DNA from: Macrostomum hystrix
Taxonomy: Eukaryota > Animalia > Platyhelminthes
Direction: 5' to 3'
DNA: 64,000 nt
Assembly: GCA_950097015.1 (NCBI GenBank)
Contig: CATNEN010000039.1
Location: 16,616,001-16,680,000, forward strand
How positions within the stretch are numbered: the stretch's first letter is position 1; every line of letters begins with the position of its first letter. The notes under the pieces were generated by a model, which ran no database searches, was not told the DNA's origin, and worked only from the letters and a program-made list of their open reading frames with translations. The translations under genes and the position numbers were made by a program. Positions 12,913 to 34,200 of the stretch are shown here, one piece after another.

Positions 12913-13932
12913 TCTTTTCTCGATTGATATTTTGTTAAAGATTTGATGATTTATATGTTGTAGTAAGAAAGGAGTAGATGTCTCAATATATCGTTGAATT
13001 GAAGTCTGCTATGCACATTTTACCTATTCAAATCAAACACACACACACACACACACACACGGGTGAGAAAAGCTGTGATGTAATCTATTTATAAATTCGC
13101 ACTGACTGTCTCGCCAGTGGGGTTGACATAGCTATGTACATTTGACACAGTGAAATTCTTATCAGTGTACTCACTTTTAACGAAACTGGCCCTGATGCAA
13201 TCATTAAAATTGGCAGCGAAATGCACGTTGACAAAACTGGCTCTGATGTAATGCATTAAAAATGCTATCTAAAACAGTTTTTCGAATATTTAATCCCCTT
13301 GGCAATGGAATTAAGCTTAATAAAATTACGTGTATATGTGTCCCCATATTTGGCATCTTTTGGTGAAGAAATGGTGAAAATCGGTTGAGCCGTTCGGGAG
13401 AAAATCAATTACAACCAAGTAACCAACCATTTCATTTTTAGTATATAAGACAAACATACAAGCAAGCAAGCAAGCAAGCAAGATTTTCATTTTTAGTATA
13501 TTAGAAATAATAACATCACAACGCATTCTACCAATCTAAACTGAAGCTTAAAATATTTTTTTCTTTCTGCACAAGTACATATTTTTTAGAGATAATTTTT
13601 TTCACAGTTGTCTGCAAACAAAGTCGTGGAAAATAAAAAAACTCGTCCTATAATTTAAAGTTAATTAACAACTTCTTATTTTCTATTTAAGGCTAGAGTT
13701 TGTGAGACCATTTTTACGAATACCATCTTTCTAATAACTACTTCTTTAAGATTCTACCACAAAAAACACTCGAGTTTTATTAAGAAGGCATTGGCATTGC
13801 CTAAGCAAACTGCTAGCTTAGCTAGCTATTGTCTATTGAACAGTGAACACTTACAGAGGCAAATAAATGTTACGTAGGAATCATAAAGAACACCAGCTTT
13901 CTTTATTAGGCCTACAGTTTCAACCAACCATC

Positions 13933-23807
<9,875 letters not shown>

Positions 23808-24054
23808 GTTTATTCCAATAAAACAGTGCAGTGCTGAGCGCTGCTAGTTCATTCGTTGACAACTCTGCAGTCGGTTTTTATCCGTTGATGTTGACTTATC
23901 TCGCATTAATAATTAAATAGCCCGTATGGGTGCTGAGAGATAGCAACACCGTCTTTCTAATGAGAGGAGTCATGTAGTTGTTTATATTGTTAATTCTGTG
24001 TTGCCTTTAACTGTAGGTTTGGTCCACGGCTTGTGACTTGTTGGGTATGGGAAG

Positions 24055-24270
24055 AACAATTTTCTCATTGTTTTAACATATTTCTCTAATTTTCTCACTG
24101 TCTTATCATATTTCTCCAATTTTCTCACTGTCTTATCATATTTCTCTAATTTTCTCACTGTCTTATCATATTTGTCCAATTTTCTCACTGTCTTATCATA
24201 TTTCTCCATTTTTCTCACTGTCTTATATTTTTTCTCAAATTTTATTATTGTCCTATCTTATCTTTCTAAT
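24055..24270. repeat. Minisatellite, 30-bp unit (AATTTTCTCACTGTCTTATCATATTTCTCC)
   Basis: Tandem units downstream of S6K. Confidence 0.88.
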
Positions 24271-24721
24271 ACGTACTTTTGCAATCAACTCGCAAGCTTA
24301 TTCTCAGTTGGTCTTCGTCTATTTGCCCAAATCGATCTTGTTATTCTGATCGTGTGTGCGCTGACTCGGCTGTGCGTGTTAGCTCTAGTTCCAGCTAATC
24401 TTACCTGGGCTGCTAGTTTGTTTGTTGTTATCGTCAGTTTTTTTTCAAGTCTTTGTGTTTGCTTTTTTTTCTCATGCCGCCATGGATCTGCTTGACAATT
24501 TCGACAATTTCTGTCGCTCAGAGTCACATTCAGTTCGTTTATTTTTTGCACCTGTTTTACACTGCACTGATTCTTGGTTTCTTGTGGCAACGCAACTTGA
24601 ACTGCAGGCCAAGTTCTTATTCAGGCTTTCCGCGAGGCAATGCAACAAACTGTATGTTCAAATTCTGCTTTTATTCCATTTTTATTTATGCTGGTATACG
24701 GTTTGTAACTTAAAATATTGG

Positions 24722-25250
24722 GTAGGATTATCGGATATTCAGAATCTATTGGTGCAGTAGGATTATCGGATATTCAGAATCTATTGATTCAGTAGGATTA
24801 TCGGATATTCAGAATCTATTGATTCAGTAGGATTATCGGTTATTCAGAATCTATTGATTCAGTAGGATTATCGGATATTCAGAATCTATTGATTCAGTAG
24901 GATTATCGGATATTCAGAATCTATTGATTCAGTAGGATTATCGGATATTCAGAATCTATTGATTCACTAGCATTGTTGGATAATTAGTCTGTTTTTAGTG
25001 TCGCAATGTATTTTTCTGTCTACTCTTGTCTAATCTATTGATTCAGTAGGATTATCGGATATTCAGAATCTATTGATTCAGTAGGATTATCGGATATTCA
25101 GAATCTATTGATTCAGTAGGATTATCGGTTATTCAGAATCTATTGATTCAGTAGGATTATCGGATATTCAGAATCTATTGATTCACTAGCATTGTTGGAT
25201 AATTAGTCTGTTTTTAGTGTCGCAATGTATTTTTCTGTCTACTCTTGTTT
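24722..25250. repeat. Minisatellite, 35-bp unit (GTAGGATTATCGGATATTCAGAATCTATTGATTCA) with a duplicated flank
   Basis: Array plus unique flank repeated at about 24960-25030 and 25180-25250. Confidence 0.92.
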
Positions 25251-25519
25251 TACTCTCCGTGTCTTTATGTTGATTGTTGTGCTTTTAAGCCATATTGTCC
25301 AGTAAGCTTTAACAACAGTCGGTAAATAAATTCAGTTAAATTTCTGCAATTATTTTCCATCAGTGTCAATTTCCAGTTTTTTGTGTGCTTTTTTGAAAAA
25401 TTTCTGCTTTTTTCAGTCTTAAAATTGTGTTCTTTGTCCATTAGAAATAACTTTATTGATATTTAAAATTTCCTAGTTCTAGTTAATGTGCTTTTTCCCC
25501 ATTAATATGCCATAGAATT

Positions 25520-26282
25520 TAGATGCCATACACTATATCTGCCATTTTCAATGGTTCATTCAGATGCCATAGACTATATCTGCCATTTTCAATGGTTCAT
25601 CTAGATGCCATACACTATATCTGCCATTTTCAATGGTTCATCTAGATGCCATAGACTTTGTCTGCCATTTTCAATGGTTCATCTAGATGCCATAGACTAT
25701 GTCTGCCATTTTCAATGGTTCATTCAAATGCTATAGACTTTCTCTGCCATTTTCAATGGTTCATCCGGATGCCATTGACAATGTCTGCCATTTTCAATGG
25801 TTCATTCAGATGCCATAGACTATGTCTGCCATTTTCAATGGTTCATCTAGATGCCATAGACTATGTCTGCCCTTTTCAATGGTTCATCTAGATGCCATAG
25901 ACTATATCTGCCATTTTCAATGGTTCATCTAGATGCCATAGACTTTGTCTGCCATTTTCAATGGTTCATCTAGATGCCATAGACTATATCTGCCATTTTC
26001 AATGGTTCATCTAGATGCCATAGACTTTGTCTGCCATTTTCAATGGTTTATTTAGATGCCATAGACTATGTCTGCCATTTTCAATGGTTCATTTAGATGC
26101 CATACACTATATCTGCCATTTTCAATGGTTCATCCGGATTCCATAGACTATGTCTGCCATTTTCAATGGTTCATCCGGATTCCATAGACTATGTCTTCCA
26201 TTTTCAATGGTTCATCCGGATGCCATAGACTATGTCTGCCATTTTCAATGGTTCATCCGGATGCCATAAACTATGTCTGCCA
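25520..26282. repeat. Minisatellite, 41-bp unit (TAGATGCCATAGACTATGTCTGCCATTTTCAATGGTTCATC)
   Basis: About 18 tandem units. Confidence 0.95.
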
Positions 26283-26659
26283 GTTTGAGTGCTACATTCA
26301 TTCATGTATTCGTTTTCAGTCATTTAGGTGTAATTTATATTACGTGGGCGCAGTTGCTCATATATTTAATTATTATTTTGTAACATGATATTTGAAACAT
26401 CACATTTGTAATCTATAAATTAATGCCTCGAGTTAAACACTGATTTAAAGAGAAATAATTAGGGGAATATAGCCAAGGTAGATATGAGTTTAATAATACG
26501 ATAGTTAAATTTTGTAGAAAAAATAAATAAGCTAATAATAGTGTTTCGTTATTACAGTCAAACACATACTGTTTTACTTTAACGCCATAAGTAATCAATC
26601 TAATTAAAATCCATGTCTCCATGACAGCTGAATAACTCAATCGATTAAACCTAAAGCTC

Positions 26660-27050
26660 ACACGATATAGAAGCCGTATGCCATGAGCTCACAGAAGTGT
26701 AGATAATTATTCAGGTAGCTCATTATGCGGATCTTGATCCCAGTTAGTCCGCAAGACATTGGTAACCAAGAATGGCACAGTGATATTCTCTTGATCGCAG
26801 ATAACATCGTTAATTAGCAGAGCAAAGTTGTTCATTCGCTCCAGTGATTGGTCGTTGCGGTTGTACACAGTAACGTAAGTGACAACAGACTCCCGAGCCA
26901 AGTAGGCCTCCCACTATTCGTTCTGGCCTGGGTACGTGTGTATGCAATGACCAGAATTGTAATTCGGATCCGTGTTACCGTCCATTGCTCGGATACACTC
27001 GCCGCTATAAGCCACAGACTCCTGGCTGCAGTTGTACAGTTGCCAGAAAA
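26660..27050 (-). pseudogene. Disabled F-type lectin (fucolectin) gene
   Basis: Reconstruction: CSQESVAYSGECIRAMDGNTDPNYNSGHCIHT..NE*W / EAYLARESVVTYVTVYNRNDQSLERMNNFALLI../ ..YLHFCELMAYG. Retains the H..RxDxxxxR fucose motif but has an in-frame TAG at 26914-26916 and two frameshifts. Confidence 0.75.
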
Positions 27051-27115
27051 ATTCAATTAAACTAATGAATATACGTTGGCGATCAAAGTGCCAGCATGAA
27101 TGACTATCGTTACCT

Positions 27116-27196
27116 ATGATGCCCGATCCATACATGATGCCCAATTCATACATGATGCCCGATCCATACATGATGCCCGATCCATACATGATGCCC
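27116..27196. repeat. Minisatellite, 18-bp unit (ATGATGCCCGATCCATAC)
   Basis: About 4.5 units. Confidence 0.85.
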
Positions 27197-27772
27197 CAAT
27201 CATTTGACTCACAGGTATTTGACTCACAAACAAGTCAAAAGTCGCCAAAAAACTCCAAGATATTTTGGCGCACTAATAGGTGGCTTATCGGCTTCGCATC
27301 AAAGGATGTTAGAACACACGATTTTCAATATTAAAAATTGAAACATACTTTTAGAGAATATGTACTGACAATGATTAAAAGGCAATCAAAATACCTTTGC
27401 CCTTGTTACAAGTCGCAGAGAAGAGACGCAGACTATAATATTAGAGTTAAGCATCTTAGTGTAACTTCTATCGTTAGACGAACTCTACGCAACCCACCCT
27501 GGAAATGTACAGTTCAAATTTTAGTTTTGTTTTCTGTATGTATAAACTTCATAATAAGGTCCACAGCAAAAATAGTAGTAGCCGTTTATTTGTAATTAAA
27601 AAATAATTTGAGGATTTTTTGTCTGACAAAGTAAAGCTTCAAACAATTGGGAAATATATTTGTATTCTCAGTTAAGCATAAAGATTAGAAAAGTAGCTCG
27701 AATAGCTACGACAAAAAAGACAGATGTTCAGGTGTAAGGACTACTGGAGTATAGGTAATAAATAAGAGTACA

Positions 27773-28085
27773 ATTTGCAGGAAGGGCTGTGGGCAATGGC
27801 ACTCCACTAGGTGACAGTAGACCCGCAGCCAGCGAGGAGGCAGTTCTGTCAATTTCGCTGACTCCGAGAACACACGCATACAGATACTGTACGAAGGCAC
27901 ACGCTCACACAGGTGTGTACATCTGTCCTGACTTTCTCATCGTCAGGCAGTGTACACTGTTACTGTGCCTTGGAGTTTGTCGCTCAAGTACAGCCAGCCA
28001 AAATTAATATGGCCTCGCTGCGGAATCGAGATCAATGAGCTTGGTGCGTGAGTCAAACACGTTAGACCGCTCTGCCATATACCCG
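27773..28085 (-). mobile_element. SINE family A copy (internal deletion)
   Basis: Reverse complement matches the 6631-7002 copy. Confidence 0.85.
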
Positions 28086-28295
28086 AGCATATATAGATAA
28101 TTGGACCTTGGTTCAACTATGTTTTAATGTTTATAGAGGGGCAAGCACCTGCAAGTACGTAGGTGTATAATTATGAGAGGCGATTCAGTTCCCTAACATC
28201 CATTTTCTCCACACACCACTGAATTTTAGAGTGCGTTGCGTTGAGACCTTGTCAAATTTGGGGAAGTGAATTTTTTCCGAATAAATATTCAAACG

Positions 28296-31200
28296 CTACA
28301 TAGTGTTCCTACGCAACGGAAAATCCTGTACCAGATTGCTGACGCCACTGTTCCTCTTCGACGACAACGCTGATGAAGCGAGCGTCAGAAACAGCTGGCT
28401 GTCCCACTTTCGGCTGGCACTCGATGCTCTGCTCATGACGAAGTCGATGTAGCCGAGTTTCAAGTCGAGTCGGTCTGCCGCCGCCTCGACGCCTGAAAAA
28501 TTATGGACATAAAATAGACGCAATTTTTTACAGTTTGCAGGAAAAATTAATGACAGCGAGAAAGCTAAACTCACCTTCAGACTCTTTGTACTGCGACGCT
28601 GTCAACTTTCCGGAGAGAAAAGTGTCTCGAAGACGCTTCAGGATGAGCTGCACAATTTGAAAGTCTCTCGGGGCGTTGCCGCAGTCCACCGACTCCCGGG
28701 ACTGTTCGTAGCTGTCGTTGAGAACTGTGATAAACATGTTGACCACGATGAACATCAGGAAGGAGACGTAGAACGAGAATGCCAGCTTCGGCAGCAGGCC
28801 GTTGCCACTAACTGACTGCATATCAAACTTGCCTAACATCGCCGAGAACAGAGTGGACATTGTGCCTGTGAATGAACTGAACTCAGTCCTCAAACTACTC
28901 AGTAGCAGGTTCATCAGAAAGCAGAAGGCAAAGAAAATGACACAGAACACAATGCCGAAAGAGCTCATCTGTCCAAGCGACAAACGGAGAGTGGTGAGCA
29001 GGTGACCGAGATTTCGACTGAACCTGACAAAGCTTAGCAAAGACAGCTGAAGCAAGAAGGTCGCCCCACCGAGGCAGTAGAAGAAGTATTCGTTGAGCTG
29101 AAACAGCTGTCGCAGCTGCGGTCGACCTCCGTTGATGGCAGCCTCAAGAGCGGAGCCAGTTTTAATTGATCGCAGAGCGTAACAAGCGCACGCGATGAGC
29201 ATAAAGACGACCACGCCAGCGTCAAGCCAGTTCTCAAAGCTGGACCAGAACTGGCGCCATTTGCGGAGACGCGCAATCAGCATGGCGACGCGTACGACAG
29301 TCAGAATCCCGGCCAGAATTTCGGAGACCAAAGCGAAAACTCCGATAGCTCCAACGTAACGATAAAGGCGCGTGCTTAGCAACTGAGCGCTCACCCACGC
29401 ACCGCCATATGATCTCAGCTCTGTTGCCATGGCAACCGCAGTAAACATGTTTACATCCGGGTAAAACAAGTCGAGTTCAACAACCACAAGTCTTGTGTCA
29501 TTGTCCAGCCATCGGAGTTGCTCTAGCCGGTTGATGAAGGTGCGGCTTGCGTTAACGCCATCGGGAAGCAGCGCGACATAACCTCCGCCTCTGTGGTCTC
29601 CGAAGACACCCGAGTACGATGCACCATCGGGCCAGTTCATGAAGGCCTGAGCCAGCGGGTCAGCTGAGAAGTTGCATCTCGCAGTTTGAGTCCAGCCAGT
29701 TGTGAAACAGCGCACCTCGTCCCCAGTGCGGTCAGGCCATCCTCGCAACTGTCGCACCGATAGGCGGCTCAGCCTGTAGCCAACCCGGTCCGCAATGAAA
29801 TATGACTTTGGGTCGGTAAATACTGCAGGTATGAGGCCGGACCTGATCACGTCATACAGATAATCCACTGTACGATTAACCTTCACTAAATCGTTGTATT
29901 TGAGGTGTTCTTTGACGCTTTTGTGCAATTGATACGTGCCAGAGTCAACATTTCCGTAGCAAATGCAGTACTGCAGCAGCAGCAATAGCACGGTAAGTCC
30001 CAATTGTACTGAAGTGCCGATTGCAGCCTCTCTAATTGGGTCTTGCTTGGCGTGCGCCTCCAGTTCGTACAGAAAAGCGACTCCATCTGAAGATCGAATT
30101 GAATTAGTATAGCCACACGATTAAGCAACAGACAAACTGCACCTGTTAGACAAGAATCAAAGCGTACCTCTTTTGTAAGCGTCATTGAAGTACCGCACTC
30201 GAATGATTGGTGCATTGTCGACGTCGTAGTCTTTTCGAAAAATCACAACCAGAACCAGACCGATAAGAGCGACCTTAGAATTAGAATAGCATTTTAGCGG
30301 ATTTGCAAGATTGGTGGCGTCATACTTGAGAAAAAGTTATTTTATGAATTAGACAACTTTACTTAGACATTAGAAAAAGACAGCTAACGCCTAATAATTA
30401 CCCAGACAAAGCTAAACGCGAACCGCGGCCAATTCACTGATGTTGTGACAAAACCCATGTTTTAACTAATAACACATTTTAATAAATAACCTTCAATGGC
30501 TGAACCAGTAGAGCAGTTTGCACAAACGACAGTACAAAGGATAACAGCCATTGTTGAGACTTCTCCTGGCCCCATTGCATTGCGTAGAACACCAGGAAAA
30601 TGCCAGCGCCAACCATGCTGCCTAGAACCAGCGACCAGCCGATGTACTGGCACCAGTGGGGCAGCCGAAAGGCTCTCGGCCGGTCCATCTCGGGAGCTAC
30701 TATTGAGCTACTGGCAGGATTAGCGCTAAGATTTAGATGCCGTTGACGACGAACCACAATACCATTGTCGCGCTGCGAAGTTTTTGAAAAATTCCTCACT
30801 ATAGGTTATGATATCAACGATATGATATGATATCAAGTTTATCCATGGTAAAGCGTGGAAACTTTTGATTCAAATAGTGGAATTTCACGAAAGTCGGTCA
30901 TTCAGTTTAGGAGCTATTGTGAACTAATTTGAAACTATCCCCGTGGTCGTTCTACTGTACTTTCGCGGTGCACTCGGATTCTCAAAAAACTCACCAGATC
31001 ATGGTCTGAATCGGACGCATCGGCAATCTCTGCGCCAGCAACAATATCGCGACGCTTTTCCAAGCGTTGCTTCTCTGGATCGTCAATCTTGCGCTTGGAC
31101 TTCAAGAAGAATAGTGTGACAGCGGCTGACACCGGAATTACTACTAGAGCGCCCATGATTGACGTGACCAGAGTGTTGATCGAGAGTTTAATCGGACCAA

Positions 31201-34200
31201 TCGCGATCATGTCGGAAGCCGACTGGCTTCCCTCTCCCACACCATAAAACATGGCGTTAGATATCATTGTCATGAACAATAGGCAGAAGCAGACACCGAA
31301 TCTTTGAAGCCGAGTAAAGTTTGTATCAGTCTTGCGCTTGACAACCGACATCCACAGGTGGTCGTCCAGGAATTTGCGCGACAGATTGTTCTTTACAAAG
31401 CGAGGCTGAAACGCCAGATCCTCCTTCGTTGCCAATTGGATTATATTTTGCTTCTGATTGACGCGAATGACTTCGTTGTTCATGAACACGTAGCTGAAGT
31501 CGAAAGTGGTGTGTTTGTAAATGAGTTTATAAAGGGTCAACTAAACGTAACACGGACTAGTTATATAATTAATACACTCAGAAAATTCTACCTCGTGTTG
31601 TAATGAGTATCCGTGATCACAATCTTCCTTAGCCGCCAAGGCTGAACTGATTGTAGACCATCCAGAACTATTCTCAGCTCAAGAATGTCTCCAAGGTGAA
31701 AGGGAACAGTCAGAGCGAAGTGATTGATGTCACCGTCGTTAAAGTTCTAAGAATTTCGGACAAAAATTTTGAGTTCATTAAATTGACTGCTACTAATTAT
31801 CGTGCTTCGACTTAGTTCACGTATCTTACCTGACGAATACCGTCCGACAATATTCTAAAATATTCCCTGTGACTTTCGCCTACAATAGAAATATAAGGCT
31901 GGCCAGTTGTTCGACTGTGCTTGGTGTTCTCCGTGTAGACATCAAGCAGGTAGGTGAACCTCAGCTTCTGGTCATCGATCAGTGGGAGGTACATGAACTA
32001 AAATCAGTTATAAAGTGATAACACTGTTAATAAGTTTTTCTCTACTAGCCCCATAATCTAAATCATGCTCAAACCAACCTTCACGCGATCACTGCCATCA
32101 ACCCGACGGAGCCATACGGCAATGGGGATGAAAATAACCCAGAGAGCCACCACAGTAGCGACAACGGCAGCGCTGTCGGCCAGTTTGCCCTGCCAGTTAT
32201 CGAATAGAGTGCCAAAATCAATCAAGTTAGGCGCGACGCTCATTCCGGCGCCCAAACTGCCGAACAGGTTGCTGGAGAACCGCGGCCGTCCCGGCGATTC
32301 AGATACCTCGGCTGTGCAGGACGTTTCGCTGGGGCTGATCCACGCCTCCTTGCTGGCATCCCAGAATCGACAGGTGAACACCGAGAAGCCGATCTCGTAG
32401 GACAGGAGCGGGTTCGGGCAGGAGGTCGCCAGGCTGCCAGTTGACTCGCGATAGCAGTCAGCTCGCCTCACACCAATGAAGTAGGAGCCGTTTGTGGAAG
32501 CTGGCAGGAAAAACAACCCATCGGACGCATTCATAAGCTTGTTTGAAGGTGTTGGCAGACGGCCCAGCTGTACCAGTATCTCCAGTTTCTGACTAGCATT
32601 AAGAGGCTCGATTGTGACTTGCAGCACGCCAGTGGAGACGTTAACAGTGTGATAGAAGCTTAACCACCGATCAGAAGGCGTGGCGTTGACAATCGACTTT
32701 GCACCCGAAGTTGCTGGCAGTGAAAAATCAAAAGCGTCAACACTGGCTAACGCCGATCGACGCTTGCGACAACCGCGTTTTTCGATCATCAAGACGGACG
32801 ACTCCACCGAAGTTTTGGGTTGCCAGACATACGGACTGCGGCTGGAGAAAGCCGCCTTCACGGACTCGCAACCGCCCACCTGTGGCAAGTTTGCATCGCC
32901 GAGACTTGATAGAAACGTGACATTACCTGTGCTGCTATTGTTCAGACGGACACCCTGAACAGAGAGCGCCTGATCAGAGATTGAGTACGACCCTGAGCTA
33001 TTCAACAATATATCAGTGACTAAATCCACAGCCTTTAGTACTGCATCAATCACTGAGCGTATTCTCGCATTAACTGGGTTGCTAGTGGCGTTGACTGCTG
33101 TTATGCAAGACGATGACGAGATGGAACAATTAGCTTGGCTATCAGCATTTGCTACCTTTGATGTGGCATCAGATGCGTACCAAATATTTGAACCGGTTAG
33201 CACAATATCTGCAACGTGATGAAATCTTATGAAAGCTTTTTGCTATAATAAAAAAGATGATAAACTAGAGCTCACCAGGTCCAAGATAAGGGCGAACATC
33301 AGCTGGTAGCTTGTCACCCATTTGCCCAAATTTCTCCGTGATCTGGTTCAACTTCGAAGCGGACAGCTCCTGGTGTGCGACGGAAAATTATTCTTTTGTA
33401 AAAAATACACGCAATTATGCAGAAAGAAAAAGTCGTTTAAAAAAGTAGTTTCCATGCAGTTTACCTGCGCATCAAGCGTAACCTGGTCTGCTCTGTTTGC
33501 GGGAATCGCATTCCGTAGCACATCATTTGTCTGCTCCAAATCTTCCGGAGTAGCGATCGTGAAGTTGTAAATTACTTCTATTAACTTGGTGCGCAACTGA
33601 AAGGGTTGAATAAAAGTTTTTTAATGCACACACACACACTGATGGATAGTCAAGTTTTTTAGCGAAATCGTTTTTAGCGCTTATCACCGTGGTCATTTTA
33701 GCGTAAAAAGCGGCCGTTTCAGCGCTAGTAGCATTAGACCCTTCAGCATCTTCATTCTTTGCATTCATGACGGATGTCAGGCACATCAGTGTAGTGGCGG
33801 CTCCTTGCTGATTTCCACTTTTCAGGTGCTGATCCAGTTCGTTGTTTGTTCCATCAAAAATTGCGGTGAGGTTGCTAATTAGTTCGGCAGCGGAGACTGG
33901 CGGTGGATAAACCTGCAACAAGCGATTAGCTTGTGTATAGACTAATCATAAAATCATTCAAATTGTATAAAAGATTCGAAGTCATGACCTACTTAAATGG
34001 GCTACAAGCGAATGTTAGTGAAAGAATCAAAGAGCGACCCTAATAACAGGTTCTACTTACCACAACTTCAAAAATGAAAGCTATTTTGTCTCCAACACTG
34101 TCTATGACATTGATGTACGCATCTAGTCTGTAGTTGTTCAGTGAGGAACCGACTGGCAGGACAACTAGAGGCGACACTGCAGTTGGACCGTAGAACAAAA

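Larger units (their letters stand above)
10729..13505 (-). mobile_element. Non-autonomous Helitron carrying minisatellite arrays
   Basis: Minus-strand 5' end TCTAATATACTAAAAATG..(CTTG)n..AACGGCTCAACCGATTTT; 3' end GCCCCCC-AAA-GGGGGGC hairpin, 8-nt spacer, CTAG followed by T at 10729. The base preceding the 5' TC is T rather than the canonical A. Confidence 0.68.

Noticed and set aside
23982-24760. Short ORFs downstream of S6K including (KYDKTVRKLE)n
   Set aside because: 30-bp repeat translation and low-complexity sequence with no recognisable domain.
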